NCBI GenBank assembly: GCA_965601925.1
Contig: OZ271854.1
Coordinates: 2,656,001-2,720,000, forward strand
Direction of reading: 5' to 3'
Length of the DNA: 64,000 bases
Source of the DNA: Alkalispirochaeta sp.
GTDB lineage: Bacteria > Spirochaetota > Spirochaetia > DSM-27196 > Alkalispirochaetaceae
Shown here: in pieces, positions 57,001 through 64,000 of the stretch
How the letters are laid out: each line of letters starts with the position of its first letter
Numbering within the stretch: the first letter of the stretch is position 1
Program-made: the position numbers and the translations under genes
Notes under the pieces: model-generated
Told to the model about the DNA's origin: nothing
What the model saw: the letters and a program-made list of their open reading frames with translations, nothing else
Databases searched by the model: none

Positions 57001-58092
57001 ATGGCAGAACAGCTACCCGGTCCGCGCCCGGATGAGATGATACCGCGACACGGCGCCGTCACGACGCTCTTCAGGAGGGTCATACTCTCTGAATACTTCG
57101 TTTTGATACTCACCATCGTCTATTTTCTGGCGGTGTGGGCCTTCGTGCCGTGGCTCGGTCGCCCGCGCAACCTCTTGAATATCACCTCCAACGTGTGGCC
57201 CCTTCTCGCCGTCGCGGTAGGGCAAACGTTTGTGTTGATCGTTGCCGGTATCGACCTCTCTCAGGTGGCGGTCATGTCCCTTACCAGCGTCGTCGGCGCC
57301 GGGATCATGACCCAGGCATTGGACCCGGTCCTCTTTACCAAGAGCCCCCTATGGGGGTGGTTTTTGACCGAGTCGGGCGGCCCGCTTTCGGGCTCGCCGC
57401 TGGCCATTCCCGTCGCCGTCGTCGCGATGATCGCCGTGGCTGCGTTGATCGGCGCTATAAACGGCTTTTCGGTGGGAACCCTTCGCATGCCGGCGTTCAT
57501 GGTAACCCTCGTGATGTTCATGTTGGGTTCGGCGGTGGCGGTCTTTCTCCCGCGTTCGGAAAACATTCGAAGCCTTCCCGCTGCGTTCAACGCCATCGAG
57601 GACGGGTGGGGCATCTTCTCGCCGGCGATGGGGATTGCGATCCTTTGGACGATCATCGCCCACATCATCCTCAGTCGTACGCTGTTGGGTCGCTGGATGT
57701 ACGCGGTCGGCCTCAACGAGCGCACGGCGCGCGTATCGGGCGTTCCGACGCGCCGAGTTATCGTCTTTGCGTATTCGTTCTCGGCGGCGTCCGCCGCGGT
57801 CGGGGCCATGCTTTACACGGCACGCATGGAGGCGGGACGGCCGACGCTCGGCGGGTTGTCGCTCATCCTGGATATCGTCGGGGCCAACATCATCGGCGGC
57901 ATGAGCCTTACCGGCGGGCGCGGCAAGATCCCGTGGACCGTGTTTGGGGTCGTCTTTTTCGTCGTCCTCGCCAATACCCTGAGTCAGATGAACCTCGACT
58001 CGTTCTCAATCGACATCGTTCGCGGCTGCGTTATCCTTCTCGCCGCGCTCTTGGACGTGTCGCGCAATCGGATGAAGGAGGCGCGCTCGTGA
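57001..58092 (+). CDS. Sugar ABC transporter permease
   Basis: 'GQTFVLI.AGIDLS', 'GAING', 'PAFMVTL', 'T.LGR..YAVG.N...AR.SG'. Confidence 0.9.
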   Translation: MAEQLPGPRPDEMIPRHGAVTTLFRRVILSEYFVLILTIVYFLAVWAFVPWLGRPRNLLNITSNVWPLLAVAVGQTFVLIVAGIDLSQVAVMSLTSVVGAGIMTQALDPVLFTKSPLWGWFLTESGGPLSGSPLAIPVAVVAMIAVAALIGAINGFSVGTLRMPAFMVTLVMFMLGSAVAVFLPRSENIRSLPAAFNAIEDGWGIFSPAMGIAILWTIIAHIILSRTLLGRWMYAVGLNERTARVSGVPTRRVIVFAYSFSAASAAVGAMLYTARMEAGRPTLGGLSLILDIVGANIIGGMSLTGGRGKIPWTVFGVVFFVVLANTLSQMNLDSFSIDIVRGCVILLAALLDVSRNRMKEARS

Positions 58093-59714
58093 TGTACGAC
58101 GCTCCGCTGTCCCCATCCGGTGCGACCCCATCGCCACCCGTCGAGGAGGCGAGTATCGCGATCCGATTCGTCGACGTCACCAGAAGCTTTGCCGGTATCC
58201 GAGCGCTCAAGGGCGTATCCTTCGCCATGGCACGCGGATCGGTAACGGGAATCGTCGGCGAGAACGGCGCCGGGAAGACGACGCTGATGAACGTACTCGG
58301 CGGTGTGTTGCAGCCCGACTCCGGCGCGATGGTTCTCGACGGTCGGCCGTATCGGCCCGAGAATCCCTCCGCGGCGATTGAACACGGTGTCGGGTTCATT
58401 CACCAGGAGCTCAACCTTTTCGCCAACCTTTCGATCGCCGAGAACATATTCATCGACCGCTTCCCGACGTTCGCACCCGTGCCTCTCGTACGCAAGAAGC
58501 GACTGCTCGACGATACGAGGCCGTTATTGGAGGCCGTCGGTCTGGAGGTCGACCCGGCGACGCTCGTGGAGACGCTCTCTCCGGGGGAAAGGCAGTTGGT
58601 CGAGATCGCAAAGGCGCTCGCCGCCGATGCGCGTATTATCATCTTCGATGAACCGACGACTTCGCTTACCGCCAAGGAGACCGAGCGCCTCTTCGGGCTG
58701 ATTGAGCGGTTGAAGGGGCAGGGGACGGCGATCGCCTACATTTCGCACATCCTCAAAGACGTGATGCGCCTTGCCGATACGGTCGTCGTCCTCAGAGACG
58801 GTGAACTCGTCGAGACCGGCCCCGTGGGGCGCTTCTCCATCGCCTCGATGATCGCCTCCATGGTGGGACGGACGATCGAGAATCTCTTCCCTGCTCACGT
58901 GAGTCACGCCTCGACGCACACGGCGCTCTCGGTGCACGGGCTCGGACGGGCCGGTATCGCACGAGACATCTCCTTCGACGTATATCGCGGAGAGATTTTC
59001 GGGCTTTTCGGTTTGATGGGATCGGGCAGAACCGAGGTCGCGCGTATGATCTTCGGTGTGGACCACCACGACACGGGAACGGTCACCGTTCATGGTACGT
59101 CGCTCCGGTCCGGAAGCATCTCCGCGCGCATTCATGAGCGCGTCGCATTCGTTACCGAAGATCGTCGCGAGGAGGGGTTGCTCATGGACGTATCGGTGGC
59201 CGAGAACATCGCCTTGGTCAATCTTCCCAGCATGTGCCGCACGGTATTGCGGGCGGTGGACGCCGACCGCGTCTTGACGTTGGCCCGCGATACCCAAGCG
59301 CGTTTGCGTATCAAGTCGGGCGCGGTCGAGTCGGCGAGCGCCAAGAGTTTGAGCGGTGGTAATCAACAAAAGGTCGTCATCGGAAAGTGGCTGGCCGGCG
59401 ATCCGCAAGTGCTGATTCTGGACGAGCCGACCCGTGGCATCGATGTGGGAGCGAAGTACGAGGTATACACCATTCTTCACGACCTCGCGGCGGCCGGGAC
59501 GGCGATTCTCGTCATCTCGTCCGAGCTCGAAGAGCTCGTTGGAATCTGTGATCGCATCGCCGTTATGAGTCGAGGGGAGATGACCGGCCTCTTCGATCGA
59601 TCGGACTTCGACAGCCGGCGTATTCTCTCGGCCGCCTTCGACGAGGCAGGCGTGCACGGTACGGACACCGACGGGGGGCATGAAGCCGGAGCCGGAGGGG
59701 AGAACGAGCGATGA
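58092..59714 (+). CDS. Sugar ABC transporter ATP-binding protein (two NBDs, RbsA-like)
   Basis: 'GENGAGKTTL', 'IHQEL', 'FDEPT', 'GLMGSGRTE', 'LSGGNQQKV', 'DEPTRGIDVGAK'. Confidence 0.94.
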   Translation: MYDAPLSPSGATPSPPVEEASIAIRFVDVTRSFAGIRALKGVSFAMARGSVTGIVGENGAGKTTLMNVLGGVLQPDSGAMVLDGRPYRPENPSAAIEHGVGFIHQELNLFANLSIAENIFIDRFPTFAPVPLVRKKRLLDDTRPLLEAVGLEVDPATLVETLSPGERQLVEIAKALAADARIIIFDEPTTSLTAKETERLFGLIERLKGQGTAIAYISHILKDVMRLADTVVVLRDGELVETGPVGRFSIASMIASMVGRTIENLFPAHVSHASTHTALSVHGLGRAGIARDISFDVYRGEIFGLFGLMGSGRTEVARMIFGVDHHDTGTVTVHGTSLRSGSISARIHERVAFVTEDRREEGLLMDVSVAENIALVNLPSMCRTVLRAVDADRVLTLARDTQARLRIKSGAVESASAKSLSGGNQQKVVIGKWLAGDPQVLILDEPTRGIDVGAKYEVYTILHDLAAAGTAILVISSELEELVGICDRIAVMSRGEMTGLFDRSDFDSRRILSAAFDEAGVHGTDTDGGHEAGAGGENER

Positions 59715-60697
59715 ACCGTGAAAGACTCCTGAAGTTCATCCTGTCCAACACGTCGGTGGTGATGTTCGCATTGCTTTTCGTGATTTTCGGTATCGCCGCA
59801 CCGCGCTTTTTCACGGTACGAAACGCCGAAAACATCGTGTACGCCGCAAGCTACATAGGAATCATGGCGATCGGTATGACCTTCGTCCTGCTCACCGGAG
59901 GAATCGACCTCTCGATCGGCTCCAACATGTATCTATCGAGTATCGTCGCCGGTATCGCCATTAACGTCTGGGGCGTACCCGTGTGGATCGCCGTGGCGAT
60001 CGCGCTCGGCGTGGGCGTAACGTTCGGTACGGTGAACGCGTTGTTGATTACTCGCGCCGGGCTCCTCCCGTTCGTGGCGACCCTGTGTACGCTCATCGCC
60101 GGTCGCGGCTTGGGCCTGTTCATTACTCGTTCCACCTCGGTCAACTTTCCCGAGGGCGTGACGATGATGGGTTCAATACGCGTCGGTGGAGTGGTGCTCC
60201 TACCGATCGTCATCTTTCTCGCCGTGCTTCTCGTCTCGCACATCTTCCTAACGCGTACGCAGATCGGACGACAGATATACGCCGTCGGATTCGATCGAGA
60301 TGCCGCCGCCAAGGCCGGTATCGATACGGTGAAAACGTTGGCCGCGGTCTACGTCTTGTGCGGCCTCTTCGCCGCTCTGGGCGGATTCGTGTCCGTCGCG
60401 CAACTCGGGCGGATCCAGCCCAACTTCGGCGAGGCCGACGAGTTGGACGCGATCGCCGCGGCGGTGCTCGGCGGCACGAGCCTCTTCGGCGGTATCGGTA
60501 CGGTACTGCCGGGAACGCTCTTGGGGACGATCATGATCCAGATGATTCAGGCGGGACTCGTCTTCGTGAACATGGACCTTTACATCCAACCGATTGTGAC
60601 CGCGGCGATCATTTTTCTGGCGGTCATGGTCGACAGCTTCCGCAGCCGACAGATTCAGCGGCTCCAGCGGCGGCGCATCTTGAGGCGTGAGGAGTGA
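59711..60697 (+). CDS. Sugar ABC transporter permease
   Basis: 'GMTFVLLTGGIDLS.GS', 'PFVATL', 'GRQIYAVG', 'ELDAIAAAVLGGTSL.GG.G'. Confidence 0.92.
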   Translation: MNRERLLKFILSNTSVVMFALLFVIFGIAAPRFFTVRNAENIVYAASYIGIMAIGMTFVLLTGGIDLSIGSNMYLSSIVAGIAINVWGVPVWIAVAIALGVGVTFGTVNALLITRAGLLPFVATLCTLIAGRGLGLFITRSTSVNFPEGVTMMGSIRVGGVVLLPIVIFLAVLLVSHIFLTRTQIGRQIYAVGFDRDAAAKAGIDTVKTLAAVYVLCGLFAALGGFVSVAQLGRIQPNFGEADELDAIAAAVLGGTSLFGGIGTVLPGTLLGTIMIQMIQAGLVFVNMDLYIQPIVTAAIIFLAVMVDSFRSRQIQRLQRRRILRREE

Positions 60698-60701
60698 CGG
60701 C

Positions 60702-62258
60702 ATGGCGCGATATTTAGTCGGCATCGACTTCGGAACCGGAGGAGCGAAAGCGGCGGTCATCGACGAGGAGGGACATGACCTCGGATTTGCCTACGAAGAG
60801 TACGAAATCATTCGCGAGCGCCCCCTATGGTCGGAACACGAAGCACGGGAGTATTGGCCGATCGCCGGTCGTCTGATTCGCGCTGCGCTCGCGCGCGCCG
60901 GTGTTCCGGCGACGGCGGTAGCGGGGATCGCAGCGTCCTCGGCGCTCCCCTCGATGGTCATGGTGGATCGCGAAGGGCAGCCGATCAATCGGGGCTACAC
61001 GTTGATGGACCGCCGCGCCCGTGACGAGGTGGCGTGGCTTAAGGAGACGGTGGGCGAGGAGCGTTGTTACGAGTTGTCGGCCTATCGTGTCGAGGACCAC
61101 CCCCTGTTGGTCAATCTCCTTTGGGAAAAGCGGCGGCGACCGACGGACTACGCACGGATCGCCTCGGTCCTCACGATCGACGGATACATTACCTACAAGC
61201 TCACCGGCCGCGCCGTCGCCAACGTCGGGGCCGCCGCCTTCTACGGTCTGGCGTACGACATCCGCACGCGACGTTTCGACGTTTCGATGCTCGATGAGAT
61301 CGGTATCGACGGCGCCCTCCTGCCTGAGGTGCTGCCGAGTGAGGCGATCGTCGGCGAGGTCACCACAAGCGCCGCCGAGGTGACCGGGCTCGCTCCGGGA
61401 ACGCCGGTCGCGGCCGGGCAGGTCGACTGTAACGCCAGTTGGGTCGGCGCCGGCGCCACCGCGGTGGGCGACATCCAGAGCAACCTCGGCACGGTCGGTA
61501 ACTTCGGCATTATCCATCGCGATCTCGATTTTCTGTTCTCCGATATCGGAAAGAAGCTCATGAGTTTCCCGTATACCGTCGAGAGCGAGACGACGTACAT
61601 CACCGTGCCGACCACGATCACCGGCGGTCAAACGCTCCGCTATCTCCGCGACACCGTGGGACAGGCCGAACGGGAGGCAGAGCGTCTGACCGGGATATCG
61701 GCCTACGACAGCTTCACGGCGCTTGCCGCCACCGCCCCGGTCGGGTGCGACGGGTTGGTCGTATTGCCGTATCTCGCCGGAGAGCGCACGCCGATCTGGG
61801 ACGCCGACGCGCGCGCAGTCGTCTACGGCCTCTCGTTGCACCACGGTAAGGGACACCTTATACGCGGCTTCATGGAGGGGGTGGCCTACGCGATGTACGA
61901 CTCGTTTCGCTTGGTTCGCGAGGCCGGGATGACGGTCAACGTTCCGATGGTGCTCAATGAGGGGGGCGCCGTGAGTCCCTTGTGGCGGCGCATCATCACC
62001 GACGTGTTCGATGTCGAGACGGCGATGGTAAAGCGGCGGACCGGCGCGCCCTTCGGCGACGCGGTACTGGCCGGTGTCGCAACCGGCGTCTTTTCCTCCT
62101 TCGACGTCACGCGGAAATGGGTGGAGCTGGTGGACGCGATGGAGCCGGATCGCCGGAATCACGAGCGCTATATGGAGCTCTTTGAGGTCTACAAGACGGT
62201 ATACGAACGGACCAAGGATCAGTTCAAGGTCCTATCAGCGATAAGGAGCGGCGAATGA
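60702..62258 (+). CDS. FGGY family carbohydrate kinase (xylulokinase-like)
   Basis: 'GIDFGTGG.K', 'D.RA', 'GTPV.AG..D', 'LPYL.GER.P.WD..AR', 'EGVAY', 'GG..S.LW..I..DV'. Confidence 0.9.
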   Translation: MARYLVGIDFGTGGAKAAVIDEEGHDLGFAYEEYEIIRERPLWSEHEAREYWPIAGRLIRAALARAGVPATAVAGIAASSALPSMVMVDREGQPINRGYTLMDRRARDEVAWLKETVGEERCYELSAYRVEDHPLLVNLLWEKRRRPTDYARIASVLTIDGYITYKLTGRAVANVGAAAFYGLAYDIRTRRFDVSMLDEIGIDGALLPEVLPSEAIVGEVTTSAAEVTGLAPGTPVAAGQVDCNASWVGAGATAVGDIQSNLGTVGNFGIIHRDLDFLFSDIGKKLMSFPYTVESETTYITVPTTITGGQTLRYLRDTVGQAEREAERLTGISAYDSFTALAATAPVGCDGLVVLPYLAGERTPIWDADARAVVYGLSLHHGKGHLIRGFMEGVAYAMYDSFRLVREAGMTVNVPMVLNEGGAVSPLWRRIITDVFDVETAMVKRRTGAPFGDAVLAGVATGVFSSFDVTRKWVELVDAMEPDRRNHERYMELFEVYKTVYERTKDQFKVLSAIRSGE

Positions 62259-63307
62259 GCGATACGATGAGGGCGGTCGTAATGACCGCTCCGATGCAAC
62301 TGGAGGTTCGCGACGTTCCGCGCCCTCGAGTCGAGGACGGCGGCATGCTCGTAAAGGTCGAGGCGTGCGGATTGTGCGGGAGCGACCTGAGAACGATAAG
62401 GAGCGGGCATAGCAAGGTGACGCTGCCGTGGATCCTGGGCCACGAAATTTGCGGCACCGTCGTTGCGACCGGCAACGACTATCGCGGATCGTGGGCTCCC
62501 GGGGACCGCCTCTCGATCGGGCCCAATACCTACGATCCGACCGATCCCTATTGCATCGACGGCCGGCACGAGTTGAGCTCGGGAGTCCGTGAAATCGCCC
62601 AGGCGTGGCCCGGGGGATTCGCCGAGTACGTCGCGATACCTCCGGAGTCGGTACGGTTGGGAAACCTCCTTCCGGCTCCCGACGGTATGCCGTCGTCGAT
62701 CGCCGCGATCGTCGAGCCGGGGTCCTCGGTCATTCACGCTCACGAGAAGGCGGGAACGCACCTGGGCGATACGGTCCTGGTGATGGGAACCGGGCCGATC
62801 GGGTGCCTCCACCTGGCCGTAGCGCGCGCCTCGGGCGCCTCCAAGGTGTTTGTGTGCGATATCAACGAGGATCGTCTCGCGGCGGCCGAGACCTTCGGTC
62901 CCGACGCACTCATTCATAACGCTACCGAGAATGTGGTGGAGCGCGTTCGTGAGTTGACCGACGGGGTTGGACCGTCGATCGTGATTACCGCCAACCCGTC
63001 GCCGGCCTCCCAGGTCACCGCAGTCGAGGCCGCGGCGGTGGGCGGACGGGTGGTGCTCTTCGGCGGGTTGCCCCACGGCGACAGCACCCCGGGGGTCGAC
63101 ATGAACCTCGTCCACTACAAGAACCTCACTATGATCGGAATCTCCAAGTTCGCGCCGCGTCACTTCGCCATGAGCTTGGCGCTGTTGCGATCCGGACAGA
63201 TTCCCGGAGAGAAGGTGGTGACCGACGTTATGGCGCTCGACGACTTTCACGCCGGCCTCGACCTCGCCATGCGAGGGCGTGCGATCAAGGTGGTGTTCAC
63301 GCCGTGA
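62255..63307 (+). CDS. Zinc-dependent (MDR) polyol dehydrogenase-like protein
   Basis: 'CGLCGSD', 'LGHE..G', 'GGFAEY', 'VEP', 'G.GPIG'. Confidence 0.9.
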   Translation: MSDTMRAVVMTAPMQLEVRDVPRPRVEDGGMLVKVEACGLCGSDLRTIRSGHSKVTLPWILGHEICGTVVATGNDYRGSWAPGDRLSIGPNTYDPTDPYCIDGRHELSSGVREIAQAWPGGFAEYVAIPPESVRLGNLLPAPDGMPSSIAAIVEPGSSVIHAHEKAGTHLGDTVLVMGTGPIGCLHLAVARASGASKVFVCDINEDRLAAAETFGPDALIHNATENVVERVRELTDGVGPSIVITANPSPASQVTAVEAAAVGGRVVLFGGLPHGDSTPGVDMNLVHYKNLTMIGISKFAPRHFAMSLALLRSGQIPGEKVVTDVMALDDFHAGLDLAMRGRAIKVVFTP

Positions 63308-63816
63308 CCGACTCGATGAGGCTTCCGTTCTTGTCCGGCGGCGTCGCCCAGATCGCATGGGTCGTCGACGACGTAGAGGCGGCGGTGCGGCGGTATCACG
63401 AACGGTTCGGCGTCGGACCGTGGCACTTCTATACCTACGGTCCGCCTCTGGTGAAGCGCGCGAGCTATCGCGGTCGACCGAGCCGCGCCCGCATGCGCGT
63501 CGCGCTCTCCTACTTCGGACCGATGCGCGTCGAGTTGATCGAGCCCGTGGAGGGGCCGTCGATCTATCACGAGTTTGTCGAGCGGTGCGGGTACGGGGTG
63601 CATCACCTCGGAGTCGTGGTGGAGGACATGGATGAAGCGCTCCGTGCCGCGGCGGAGGCGGGCTACACGATGATTCAGGACGGCAGCGGATTCGGACTCG
63701 ATGGAGACGGGCACTACGCCTACCTCGACACCGAGGCCGATCTGGGTGTGATCTACGAGTTAATCCGGCGGCCGGCGCGGAGAGTGCCGCCGGAGAGAAT
63801 CTATCCTGAGGAGTGA
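63304..63816 (+). CDS. VOC (glyoxalase/methylmalonyl-CoA epimerase-like) protein
   Basis: 'QIAWVV.D', 'GPW', 'ELIEP..GPSIY.EF', 'GVHHLG', 'YLDT...LG...EL'. Confidence 0.85.
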   Translation: MTDSMRLPFLSGGVAQIAWVVDDVEAAVRRYHERFGVGPWHFYTYGPPLVKRASYRGRPSRARMRVALSYFGPMRVELIEPVEGPSIYHEFVERCGYGVHHLGVVVEDMDEALRAAAEAGYTMIQDGSGFGLDGDGHYAYLDTEADLGVIYELIRRPARRVPPERIYPEE

Positions 63817-63867
63817 CGCGGTGCGAGGGCGCCGCAACGCATTCCCGGTGAGAAAGGAGCAGGAGTG

Positions 63868-64000
63868 ATGAAGTGGGACTATGCCGCAATTGCAGTCGTG
63901 TTCGGATCGTGTGCCGATCGGTACGTCATTCAGGGATATACCGAGAAGCGCACCTTCGACCAGATGTTGGCCGATGCGCGGACGGTGCCGGGTATCAAGG
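63868..64000 (+). CDS. Probable sugar-phosphate isomerase/epimerase (xylose-isomerase-like TIM barrel), 5' fragment
   Basis: AGGAG RBS; MKWDYAAIAVVFGSCADRYVIQGY...ARTVPGIK is open to the window end; the N-terminus resembles AP-endonuclease-2-type isomerases. Confidence 0.5.
   Translation, partial: MKWDYAAIAVVFGSCADRYVIQGYTEKRTFDQMLADARTVPGIK

Noticed and set aside
57135..58088. N-terminal extension of the 859-aa ORF (apparent fusion to the ABC ATPase)
   Set aside because: Off-frame overlap with the permease; ATPase homology starts at about 58092.

Overview
High-GC bacterial chromosome segment, most likely from a free-living spirochaete (Spirochaetaceae-like). This is inferred from the 'FAGG(N/A)xE' signal-peptide endings, the MurE with an EDPR motif and the divergent rnfCDGEA layout. 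It holds about 57 protein genes and one tRNA-Ala(CGC). I saw no rRNA, CRISPR, integrase/transposase or prophage. From left to right: tandem FG-GAP lipoprotein paralogues; an M20-like/gpgS/ABC-ATPase operon; tRNA-Ala; a Cache MCP; an HD-GYP protein; an amino-acid ABC SBP and permease; an Mrp ATPase; pcnB; an RluA enzyme with an internal 99-bp tandem repeat; DUF212 plus a membrane protein plus a strongly degenerate Rnf-like operon; a 2-hydroxyacid dehydrogenase; GH57; a GltS-family symporter; cdd; a K+ channel plus cNMP-binding protein converging on a heme-c adenylate cyclase/cytochrome P460/FkbM operon; dapL; a GAF protein; an AEC transporter; dinB; a nitroreductase; ddl-murE; hflKC; a PPIase; a frameshifted MFS gene; and a ~15-kb uncharacterised sugar/polyol utilisation island that runs off the right edge. 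The best candidates for something new are: (1) the heme-c sensing adenylate cyclase + cytochrome P460 module facing a K+ channel/cNMP-binder pair; (2) an Rnf-like complex whose A/E subunits have no cysteines and whose D subunit lacks the FMN site; (3) the sugar island, with an ATTTCAT-N15-ATGAAT-type palindromic operator (ATTTCAT-N15-ATGAAAT) repeated twice; (4) recurrent leaderless-type promoters. All family calls come from motif recognition by eye, not from database searches.
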